Sequence record: SRR31156797_2770
Length of the DNA stretch: 20,342 nucleotides
Direction: 5' to 3' (one strand)
Numbering within the stretch: position 1 is the stretch's first letter; each line of letters starts with the position of its first letter. A program made the position numbers and the translations under genes. The notes under the pieces were generated by a model. It was given only the letters and a program-made list of their open reading frames with translations. It was not told the DNA's origin and did no database searches. Positions 11,618 through 20,243 of the stretch are shown piece by piece.

Positions 11618-12793
11618 ATGAACAAAACAACACTTACGACCGCCATGGATCTGCTTTATCGCAAATATTTGATCCCGATGATTCTCTTGGATCAAGAAGG
11701 GACTCCGCTGTATCCCCCACTCACCTTAACAGCTAAGAATCCTCTGAAACACTATTTGGAAGAAACGAACGGCCCAGTTGCAAATCTCTATCATTTCGGC
11801 AAATATATGCTTGGTTGTTTTGCGTTTCAGTTAGCTGGAAAAACCTGTTATATGGTCATCGGTCCCTGTGGAGTGATTGGTACACCAGATACGTCTTACC
11901 TATTTCTTGAACATGAATACCACTACAATGTGCACTATTCCAAAGAAGACAAATACTCCTTTGAAGAATACATCCAGCTGCTTTATACGCTGTTTGCGGA
12001 GCAGCCGTTGGCAAAAGACCAAATCCATTGGCATTACCAAACTGAATCCCACGACCGATCCATGCAAACAGATCTTAGCTTGGAAACCAATCTTTATGAA
12101 CGCCGTGTGCATGAAGCTACCTTTGATTCCTATCATTTTGAATTGCGCTATCTTGACTACATCAAACGAAACGAGCCGGAAAAAGTAGTCTGGGTATTTA
12201 ACAAAATGAAAGAGACCTACAGTGTTTCCCTTTCCCCTCATGAACTGGAAGGCTTAAAACTAAAGTTTTCGGCCTTTGTCGCTGTCGTGACCCGCATGAG
12301 CATTGATGAAGGAGTACCAGTCAACCAAGCATTCGGCTTATCTGATTCATTGATCCAAGGTCTGGTTTATATTCATTCTGCCGAGGAGTGCCTCCGCTAT
12401 ATCAAAGAAGCCACCTACCGCTTTATGGAGCTTCTGCATAGCTATCCGCTGGCGCAAAAATCACTGTTGGTCAAGACGATTGTTAATTATGTCGACAGCC
12501 ATCTCTATGAAAAAGTGACCATTGATGATCTCGCAGCCATCACTCAAAAACATAAGACCCATCTATGTAATCAGTTCAAAAAAGAAATGAACAAAACGAT
12601 CCACAGCTACATTCAGGAACGAAAGATCAGCGAAGCCAAGCATCTATTGCTGTTCACAGATTTTTCCTACGAAAAAATCAGCACCCAGTTGGCATTCGCC
12701 AATCAAAGCCATTTTATCCGCAATTTCAAAGCCGTTACCGGGCAAACACCAAAAGAATTTAAAGAGAAACATTACGCTCATGCTTTAAGTTAA
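11618..12793 (+). CDS. AraC/XylS-family transcriptional regulator with a large N-terminal sensor region
   Basis: C-terminal double HTH (TIDDLAAITQKHKTHLCNQFKK ... LAFANQSHFIRNFKAVTGQTPKEF). SD GAGGTG precedes ATG 11618 (391 aa), not 11558. Divergent from the glycoside operon. Confidence 0.9.
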   Translation: MNKTTLTTAMDLLYRKYLIPMILLDQEGTPLYPPLTLTAKNPLKHYLEETNGPVANLYHFGKYMLGCFAFQLAGKTCYMVIGPCGVIGTPDTSYLFLEHEYHYNVHYSKEDKYSFEEYIQLLYTLFAEQPLAKDQIHWHYQTESHDRSMQTDLSLETNLYERRVHEATFDSYHFELRYLDYIKRNEPEKVVWVFNKMKETYSVSLSPHELEGLKLKFSAFVAVVTRMSIDEGVPVNQAFGLSDSLIQGLVYIHSAEECLRYIKEATYRFMELLHSYPLAQKSLLVKTIVNYVDSHLYEKVTIDDLAAITQKHKTHLCNQFKKEMNKTIHSYIQERKISEAKHLLLFTDFSYEKISTQLAFANQSHFIRNFKAVTGQTPKEFKEKHYAHALS

Positions 12794-12899
12794 AGACACA
12801 ATTTCCGAAAAAATGCTCAGAAACAATGGTTATTATTTTTAATAACAAACGTTGTAAGCTATCCTTTTACTCAAATCAATTTGAATGAGGAGAGATAAA

Positions 12900-13157
12900 A
12901 TGATCCAACTTGCTCGCTTGATCTTTTGGGTACCAGTCATCTTTTTTTCGTTAGGATTGATCATCGTAACGAAACGATTGCCGCGTTTCACATGGGTTTC
13001 CTTATCCATCACGGTTTCTTTAGTGATCTTTGTTTGTAAGATTTTAGAGTATTCCTATACGATGCCTGACATGCAGCTAACTTTCTATTTTATGGGTTTC
13101 TTGATTTCGGCTAGTCTTCTTTGTTTTATTTTCTACTTGAGGATCAGAAAACGGTGA
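12900..13157 (+). CDS. Small hypothetical membrane protein (85 aa, about 3 TM)
   Basis: SD GAGGAG 7 nt before ATG 12900. Three hydrophobic segments and a basic C-terminus (RIRKR). Confidence 0.7.
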   Translation: MIQLARLIFWVPVIFFSLGLIIVTKRLPRFTWVSLSITVSLVIFVCKILEYSYTMPDMQLTFYFMGFLISASLLCFIFYLRIRKR

Positions 13158-13265
13158 ATGACAGTGGCGGGTTTTCCACGTAAATTAGTCAGGTCCCCAG
13201 TAACTAAGGACCAATAGCTTCATCAAATACACGGGTTTCTTCCTATCTTTTTAAAGAACTCCCCT

Positions 13266-13286
13266 CCCCTGAAAAGGGGCTTTTTT
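13266..13286 (+). terminator. Intrinsic terminator downstream of the 85-aa membrane-protein gene
   Basis: CCCCT-GAAA-AGGGG-C-T6. Confidence 0.65.
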
Positions 13287-13412
13287 ATTGCTAGTTCTGA
13301 TTCTAACCTCAAGCTTACTGTGTTACTCTAGAAAGATTCGAATCAAAATACAAGGATGTGCCACTCGTTTTTCTCCCCCCTTCCTGCACACGATCGTTAT
13401 TCCATGAGCTCC

Positions 13413-13441
13413 TTGCCTTTTTAACGAACTAAATATATAAT
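13413..13441 (+). promoter_or_regulatory. Sigma-A promoter of the 61-aa membrane-protein gene
   Basis: TTGCCT-N17-TATAAT. Confidence 0.7.
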
Positions 13442-13503
13442 GAATTTGCAAAATAATAACACAAAAGAACAAATCATCTATCCTCATAAAAGGAGCTTAC
13501 CCT

Positions 13504-13689
13504 ATGAACTGGCTGACCTTTGTCGTCCAACCACTGACCCTGCTGTTTTTTCTTACAGTATTCTCTCTCGTCTATTTGATGCCCGAATCCCTTGTGCCTA
13601 AGCCCAAAATGAAAAAATGGGCGTTGACTGTTTCTTTGATTTATCTAGCATGGCAGCTGCTGATTCCCTTTTTCTTCTTTCTTTACTGA
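13504..13689 (+). CDS. Small hypothetical membrane protein (61 aa, 2 TM hairpin)
   Basis: SD AAAGGAG 8 nt upstream, own promoter and terminator. Two hydrophobic helices joined by a Lys/Pro-rich loop (PKPKMKK). Confidence 0.72.
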   Translation: MNWLTFVVQPLTLLFFLTVFSLVYLMPESLVPKPKMKKWALTVSLIYLAWQLLIPFFFFLY

Positions 13690-13696
13690 GCACAAC

Positions 13697-13728
13697 AAAA
13701 AAGCGGCTCTCTTTTTGAGAGCCGCTTT
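13697..13728. terminator. Bidirectional terminator, mainly for the minus-strand bgl operon
   Basis: A6-GCGGCTCTC-ttttt-GAGAGCCGC-TTT. Confidence 0.88.
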
Positions 13729-13737
13729 GGTTTATTT

Positions 13738-15249
<1,512 letters not shown>

Positions 15250-15298
15250 TCAGCAAGAAAGCATTCTTACTGATCCTACGACGTGCCGATAAACGCAT

Positions 15299-17200
15299 TT
15301 ATTTTACGACTTCGATCAAATTGTCGTTCGCTGTTACTTCTTTTGACTGTGTCGTTTGGATGTCACTGTAGTCGTTAGAGTTTGTGACGATGACTGGTGT
15401 CAGTAAGGAATAGCCTTCCGCACGAATCGCTTCAGTATCAAATGAGATCAATTTTTGACCGGCTTTGACTTTGTCTCCTTGGTTGATGTAGGCAGTAAAG
15501 TGATTGCCTTCAAGTTCCACCGTATTCATGCCGATGTGGATCAATAATTCTGTCCCATCCTCAGTGACTAAGCCGATGGCATGTTTTGTTGGAAACAAGA
15601 TTTTGACTTCTGCATCTGCTGGAGCAGTGATTTCACCGATCGCTGGTTCAACGGCGATCCCTTTTCCCATAGCACCTGAAGAAAATACTTTGTCTTCCAC
15701 ATCTGCTAAAGCAACCACTTGACCGGTTACTGGACTTTTGACTGTTTCATCTTTGACGCTGGCAGAAACGGTTTTTACTTCTGGTGCTGGTGCTGCTGGT
15801 GTTGCTTGACCGTCGACTGGTGAATCAACAGTTGTATACAAAGTTGGTACTTTCAATAACATCATGATGATAAATGACGCTACGATTGCAATAACTGTAC
15901 CGATGGCTAAGTGGATCACGCTATGGAAGCTGCCTGTTGCTGGATCGATATATGCAGGATACAAGAAGATGCCCATACCGCCCATTGCGTAACCAGTGAC
16001 GTTAAAGATTGACAAGTAGATACCGACGAAACCTGAAACTAAACAAGAAACGATAAATGGTGTTTTCATTGGCAAAGTATAACCGTAGATCGCAGGTTCA
16101 GTCACACCGAAGATCGATGAGATCAATGCTGGCATTGCGCCTTGTTTGACTTTTGGTTCTTTCGTTTTCAACCAAATCGCTGCTAACACACCCGTTTGCG
16201 TGAAACATGGTAGCACTGCGGCGGTCAAAATAATCGAAGAACCGTTTTGCGCCATATCCATGATCGCCAATGGCACAAGACCCCAATGAAGACCAAACAT
16301 TACCAATACTTGCCATAATGCCCCTAAAGCAAATCCATAAATGATTGGGCTGAAATCATAAACCGCTTGGAAAGCAATACCGATCCAGCTAGATGCTGTA
16401 TTTGCGACTGGACCTACCACAAAGAAGGTCAACGGCACAGTGATCAAAATCGTTACAAAAGGAACCACAAACATTTTGACTACATCAGGTGTAACTTTGC
16501 GCATAAACTGTTCAATTTTCGAAGCGACAAAAATCGCTAAAATAATCGGCAGTACGCTATTAAAGTAGCCACCTGCTGGTAAGGTCAAGGTTAGACCAAA
16601 GACTTTGCTCGCTTCAGCAACGCTTTCTGCTAAACCAGGATAGACCATCGCACCTGCAATCGCTAATGCTGTATAGGTATTCATCTTGAATTTCTTTGCA
16701 GCAGTTACGGCTAAGATCATAGGTAAGTATTGGAACAAACCATCGCCTAGGGTATTCATTACTACATAGATTCCATTGGTCGCTTCCATCCCAGTTGCTG
16801 CAAGTAGCGCCGTGATCCCTTTTAAAATACCGGCTGCCGCTAATGGACCTAAGAACGGTTGAAACAAGCTTGAGATGACATCGATAAAGCGGTCAAACAA
16901 ACTGCCTTTCTTTTCGTCGCCTTCGTCGATATCAAGACTGCCGCCATCGGCTAATCCGCCGACTTTCAGCACTTCATCGTAAACATCTGGCACATGATTA
17001 CCGATAACCACTTGGTATTGTCCGCCTGCTTTGACAACGGTCACGACACCGTCACGTTTTTGCAAATAATCTGTGTCTGCTTTGCTTTCGTCTTTTAAGT
17101 GGAAACGTAAGCGAGTCACACAGTGTTTTACAGAAGAGACATTTTCTTTGCCGCCAACGTGGGCCAAAATGTCTTGTGCTAATTCAGTATATTTTGCCAT
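15299..17200 (-). CDS. bglP: PTS beta-glucoside-specific EIIBCA (BglF/BglP)
   Basis: EIIB HCVTRLRF, EIIC FGLHWG and FGVTEPAIYG, Ala/Pro linker, EIIA TKHAIG and LIHIG. Preceded by a RAT/terminator. Confidence 0.93.
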   Translation of the reverse strand: MAKYTELAQDILAHVGGKENVSSVKHCVTRLRFHLKDESKADTDYLQKRDGVVTVVKAGGQYQVVIGNHVPDVYDEVLKVGGLADGGSLDIDEGDEKKGSLFDRFIDVISSLFQPFLGPLAAAGILKGITALLAATGMEATNGIYVVMNTLGDGLFQYLPMILAVTAAKKFKMNTYTALAIAGAMVYPGLAESVAEASKVFGLTLTLPAGGYFNSVLPIILAIFVASKIEQFMRKVTPDVVKMFVVPFVTILITVPLTFFVVGPVANTASSWIGIAFQAVYDFSPIIYGFALGALWQVLVMFGLHWGLVPLAIMDMAQNGSSIILTAAVLPCFTQTGVLAAIWLKTKEPKVKQGAMPALISSIFGVTEPAIYGYTLPMKTPFIVSCLVSGFVGIYLSIFNVTGYAMGGMGIFLYPAYIDPATGSFHSVIHLAIGTVIAIVASFIIMMLLKVPTLYTTVDSPVDGQATPAAPAPEVKTVSASVKDETVKSPVTGQVVALADVEDKVFSSGAMGKGIAVEPAIGEITAPADAEVKILFPTKHAIGLVTEDGTELLIHIGMNTVELEGNHFTAYINQGDKVKAGQKLISFDTEAIRAEGYSLLTPVIVTNSNDYSDIQTTQSKEVTANDNLIEVVK

Positions 17201-17232
17201 TTTGATTTCTCCTTTTTAATAGATCATTTAAT

Positions 17233-17336
17233 AAAAATAAAAAGACCGGCCATTTCTACAATAAACAAGCAGGAGTATCACCCATAAAAAACGAGACGGG
17301 TCTCCTCAACGAGTATTGTAAGAAAGTGCAGGTCTT
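17233..17336 (-). terminator. Conditional terminator t2 overlapping the RAT upstream of bglP
   Basis: AAGACC (3' end of the RAT) pairs with GGTCTT and is followed by TTTATTTTT. Internal helices TTTCTTACAATA/TATTGTAGAAA and AGGAG/CTCCT. Confidence 0.8.
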
Positions 17337-17359
17337 GCCAGCCGAACTGTAACGAATCC
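17331..17359 (-). promoter_or_regulatory. RAT (ribonucleic antiterminator) between licT and bglP
   Basis: GGATTCGTTACAGTTCGGCTGGCAAGACC, similar to the BglG/LicT consensus GGATTGTTACTG-N-CAGGCAA(A/G)ACC. Confidence 0.9.
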
Positions 17360-17369
17360 ATTTCCATTC

Positions 17370-18212
17370 TTAGGTTAATTTTGAGTGAGCGGCTAAGTTA
17401 CCGATATGCAGAATCAAATACATCAATTCCATATCGTTGACATGCCAGCCCTTTTGTTCAAATAAGTATTCTTTGATCGAATCTGCGGTTTCTTTTTCTT
17501 TCGGATAGCTGCTGAAAGCCAAGGCAATCATCGGATTAGCCAATACTGGCTCTTCTTTTTCTTGACTTTGTCGAATTAAATAATAGCGAATGTGGGTCAC
17601 AAACCGTTGGAAGTAGGAAGAATTCTCATCGTACTCGATGTTCATGCTATACTTAACGATCCGTAAAATATTGTTGGTCAACTCGGTGTGCTCATAGGCA
17701 CTTTGATTGGCGCTTTTTTCAATTTGCGCATTGACGAAATGCAAAGTGATAAACGCAGCTTCTTCTTGCGAAAAATCGGGATACAGCTCTTTGCGGATCA
17801 ACTCGACCGCTTGGACACTGACCGCATATTCCTTGGCATAGATTTTCTTGATTTCCCAATGCATGGGATTGGTCAAAACAATTTCTTGCTTTTGACGACT
17901 GATGGCAAACAAGATATGATCCATCAGTGTGAAATAAACGTTTGGATTGAAATCGGTTCCAACACTTTCCCGAAAAAGACGCACGATTTCATAAATGACG
18001 GCCATTTGTTTCTCGTCAGCCTTCGTCATGACTTTCGACATATGTTCCACTGTCAAGTCATCTTCTGGGTAGTATTTTTTTTCGATTCGCTCAGCCGGAA
18101 TCAGGTCACCCGGTTTCGTTTGAAAGCCGATCCCTTTTCCCATTAGGATCACTTCAACTTCATCTTCTTTTGAAAGTACAACATTGTTGTTGATCCTCTT
18201 GATAATCTTCAC
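17370..18212 (-). CDS. licT: BglG/LicT-family PRD-domain transcription antiterminator
   Basis: CAT domain (KIIKRINNNVV...MGKGIGF) and four PRD histidines (LMDHI, ITLHF, VTHIR, ILHI). SD AAGGAGG precedes GTG 18212 (280 aa). Confidence 0.93.
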   Translation of the reverse strand: MKIIKRINNNVVLSKEDEVEVILMGKGIGFQTKPGDLIPAERIEKKYYPEDDLTVEHMSKVMTKADEKQMAVIYEIVRLFRESVGTDFNPNVYFTLMDHILFAISRQKQEIVLTNPMHWEIKKIYAKEYAVSVQAVELIRKELYPDFSQEEAAFITLHFVNAQIEKSANQSAYEHTELTNNILRIVKYSMNIEYDENSSYFQRFVTHIRYYLIRQSQEKEEPVLANPMIALAFSSYPKEKETADSIKEYLFEQKGWHVNDMELMYLILHIGNLAAHSKLT

Positions 18213-18379
18213 GAACGATCCTCCTTGATCAGCATAGCGCATACACAGCTTTGCATCGTTTGACGTCTATGCAGAAGGTCTTGTATTTTTTTCTTTCTCT
18301 GACTTGCCATTAAGTGACGAGGTGAATGTCTGCTCCAGGCAGTACTGCAGGATATCGTCAAACCTAGCTGGCACTTCAT
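18209..18379 (-). CDS. Possible 56-aa upstream ORF whose stop overlaps the licT start
   Basis: MKCQLGLTISCSTAWSRHSPRHLMASQRKKKIQDLLHRRQTMQSCVCAMLIKEDRS*. Its TGA overlaps the licT GTG (GTGA). A purine-rich AAAGGAGGGGAG lies 12 nt upstream, which is long spacing. Confidence 0.25.
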   Translation of the reverse strand: MKCQLGLTISCSTAWSRHSPRHLMASQRKKKIQDLLHRRQTMQSCVCAMLIKEDRS

Positions 18380-18467
18380 TGCGTTTTACTTCTCCCCTCC
18401 TTTGATGATCAATGACTGGACCTTACCTTGGAACCGGTTCTTTTTTAGCGAATAGAAATAATGGAGC

Positions 18468-18545
18468 AAAAAAAGAAGACCAAAGCAAAAAAGTGTACAA
18501 CCCAAGAAACTTTGGGTAATCAATGCACTTTTTTCCTCTGGTCTT
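18468..18545 (-). terminator. Conditional terminator t1 upstream of licT
   Basis: AAGACCAGAG-GAAAAAAGTG...ACCCAA-agtttc-TTGGGT...CACTTTTTT-GCTTTGGTCTT-C-T7. Confidence 0.85.
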
Positions 18546-18568
18546 GCCTGCCGAACAGTAACGAATCC
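18540..18568 (-). promoter_or_regulatory. RAT upstream of licT
   Basis: GGATTCGTTACTGTTCGGCAGGCAAGACC; 27/29 identical to the downstream RAT and overlapping terminator t1. Confidence 0.92.
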
Positions 18569-18602
18569 AGTAATGAGAACACTCTCGTGTTCCGTTGAGA
18601 TA

Positions 18603-18631
18603 ATAGTACTCATTCTGAGAAAAAATGTCAA
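18603..18631 (-). promoter_or_regulatory. Sigma-A promoter of the licT-bglP-GH1 operon
   Basis: TTGACA-N17-TACTAT with an A-rich UP region upstream. Confidence 0.85.
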
Positions 18632-18640
18632 CACTTTTTT

Positions 18641-18654
18641 TGCAAACGTTTTTC
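18641..18654. promoter_or_regulatory. Possible cre site just upstream of the licT -35
   Basis: TGCAAACGTTTTTC has the AAACGTTT core but three mismatches to TGWNANCGNTNWCA. Confidence 0.4.
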
Positions 18655-18766
18655 TTTTTTTGTTTTTGACTTTTTTTCACTATCTTTCTCACTGAATTTC
18701 TTTTCTAGCTTTGGTCTTTTAGTTCACTTGAAATACAAGGTTTACTGTGTAGCACAATAAGACCAC

Positions 18767-18796
18767 AAAAAAACCGTAATCTTCGTGCATTACGGT
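18767..18796 (-). terminator. Intrinsic terminator ending the rgg-divergent transcript
   Basis: Minus strand ACCGTAAT-gcacgaag-ATTACGGT followed by a T-tract (7 T in total). Confidence 0.85.
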
Positions 18797-19107
18797 CATA
18801 GCTGGAAGTATGATGCTTGAAAGACGATCAATCACAAAGAATCAGAAAATTGGGGAAGGTCTGGTGCATGACAGACATTCAACGGGACTGACCACCTTGC
18901 GCGATTCATGCGTTTCATGACTTCCACAAACGAAAAGGTCTCTTTGAGTGGGGGAATCAACCAAATAACCTTTCGATTCTTCAAGATCTTCTCTTTCCTG
19001 CTTAGAATGTTCGCAGTTCGCCGCGAAAAAAGCAGAACGTAAACTAAATTTCATTTATCAATCTGTCACTGATCCTTCAATGACAAGTATCTAAATGAAA
19101 GCCTGTA
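18767..19107 (-). ncRNA. Putative structured non-coding 3' region or sRNA of the rgg-divergent transcript
   Basis: No ORF with a convincing SD. Several nested inverted repeats, two UUCCCC motifs, and a terminator at the end. Confidence 0.45.
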
Positions 19108-19158
19108 CTAGTTTTTAAATGGGTTGATTTCCCAAGGACCAAATGGTTCAAATTCCAT
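19108..19158 (-). CDS. 16-aa peptide MEFEPFGPWEINPFKN divergent from rgg (candidate signalling peptide)
   Basis: SD AAAGGAGGT (19167-19175) 8 nt before the ATG, TATAAT at 19193-19198, TAG at 19108-19110. Below the ORF-track length cutoff. Confidence 0.7.
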   Translation of the reverse strand: MEFEPFGPWEINPFKN

Positions 19159-19180
19159 GAAAAACGACCTCCTTTATTAT

Positions 19181-19209
19181 TTGCTATACCCTATTATATT
19201 TGATAACAT
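19181..19209 (+). promoter_or_regulatory. Putative rgg promoter overlapping the divergent peptide promoter
   Basis: TTGCTA-N17-TAACAT. Confidence 0.45.
19193..19198 (-). promoter_or_regulatory. -10 box of the peptide/sRNA promoter (no consensus -35)
   Basis: TATAAT on the minus strand; the hexamer 17 bp upstream is GATTTT. Confidence 0.65.
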
Positions 19210-19260
19210 GTTATTAAAATCACATTGTTCAGAAATGCGTCACAATTAAGGAGGTCCCCC

Positions 19261-20124
19261 ATGAAACAGCAAGGCTCTTTAATCAAAAAACTGCGCACAG
19301 ATCGCAAAATCTCGCAAGCCAAGCTTGCCGAAGGTATTTCCTCTCGCACCACCCTTTCTTCTTTCGAAAATCGCAAAACAAATCTCTCTTCACAAACCTT
19401 GTTTGACTACTTAGACAAAATGAATATCACGGTTCATGAGTTCAGTCTGTTGATCGACAGCGAAGCCACAGGACAGAAACGTCAGCTGGTGCAAGATTTC
19501 TATACCCGATACTATGATCGAACACTGACTATCGACTACTTGACTAGCCTTGAGGAACGCTACTTTGAGACACAAAATTTTTTTTATTATTCTTTGTATG
19601 TCCAAGGCCTGCTGCTGCTCAACCGTGAATCATTTCTGATGAATCGAGGAGCTTACACCCAAGAAGTTGAACTGGTAAAGCAATACTTGTTTGATATCGA
19701 AACCTGGGGGCGCTTTGAGTTGAACTTATTCTCAAATTTGTTATTTATTTTCGACCAAGAAACCATCAGTTACTATTTAGATCATGGGATCAAAAAAATT
19801 CTTCGCTATGCCAATGATCCCTTTTATGCAAATCTGTTAAGTGTTGTGATCTTAAATGGCTGCGCCTTTGCCAGTGAAAGTAAGGATTCCTATCTGCTTA
19901 ACAAGTTTCTGCTTTTGTCTCATCCCTTGCCTAATACACCTCTGTATTTTTATTTGAAAATCCATCAAGTCTTGTATCAAGAAATTTACTCCTATTTGCA
20001 ATCTTCTCAATTAAACAAAGAAGTGTTAAGAAACAGCTTAATCGTTATCGAACAAGCCGGTTACCAGAACCATAAAAATGACCTGCAAAACTTGATTCAT
20101 ACCGTGACGAATATCTCCATTTAA
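19261..20124 (+). CDS. Rgg/GadR/MutR-family (RRNPP) transcriptional regulator
   Basis: 287 aa from ATG 19261 (SD AAGGAGGT). XRE HTH (GSLIKKLRTDRKISQAKLAEGISSRTTLSSFEN) and the Rgg signature YLFDIETWGRFELNLFSN. Confidence 0.9.
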   Translation: MKQQGSLIKKLRTDRKISQAKLAEGISSRTTLSSFENRKTNLSSQTLFDYLDKMNITVHEFSLLIDSEATGQKRQLVQDFYTRYYDRTLTIDYLTSLEERYFETQNFFYYSLYVQGLLLLNRESFLMNRGAYTQEVELVKQYLFDIETWGRFELNLFSNLLFIFDQETISYYLDHGIKKILRYANDPFYANLLSVVILNGCAFASESKDSYLLNKFLLLSHPLPNTPLYFYLKIHQVLYQEIYSYLQSSQLNKEVLRNSLIVIEQAGYQNHKNDLQNLIHTVTNISI

Positions 20125-20179
20125 CATTCTTCCCTTTGAATCATCCTATATACTTACAAGCATGATTTATCTTTTTCGT

Positions 20180-20215
20180 AAACGCCTGTCTGCTCATTGA
20201 AGGACAGGCGTTTTT
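20180..20215 (+). terminator. Intrinsic terminator after rgg
   Basis: AAACGCCTGTC-N12-GACAGGCGTTT-TT. Confidence 0.8.
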
Positions 20216-20243
20216 CAGTCAAATGCTGGCCTAACTTGTACAC

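Noticed and set aside
13185-13212. TTAGT/ACTAA and GGTCC/GGACC pairings suggesting a pseudoknot or preQ1-like riboswitch
   Set aside because: One connecting loop would be 0 nt, preQ1 consensus residues are absent, and no relevant gene lies downstream.
18301-18320. TCGTCAC-ttaat-GGCAAGTC resembling a third RAT
   Set aside because: It lacks the 5' GGATT and the apical stem, and there is no overlapping terminator.
18386-18692. 82-aa and 89-aa minus-strand ORFs upstream of licT
   Set aside because: They start at or upstream of the promoter and run through the RAT and terminator; better explained as regulatory sequence.
18842-19054. 70-aa minus-strand ORF (MKFSLRSAFF...)
   Set aside because: No SD, its ATG is inside the 19049-19100 hairpin, and no protein features are recognisable. 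It is treated as non-coding, though translation cannot be excluded.
19108-19158. The 16-aa peptide as a RiPP precursor or type I toxin
   Set aside because: No modifying enzyme or exporter lies in the transcription unit, and the peptide has no transmembrane helix like Fst or TxpA.
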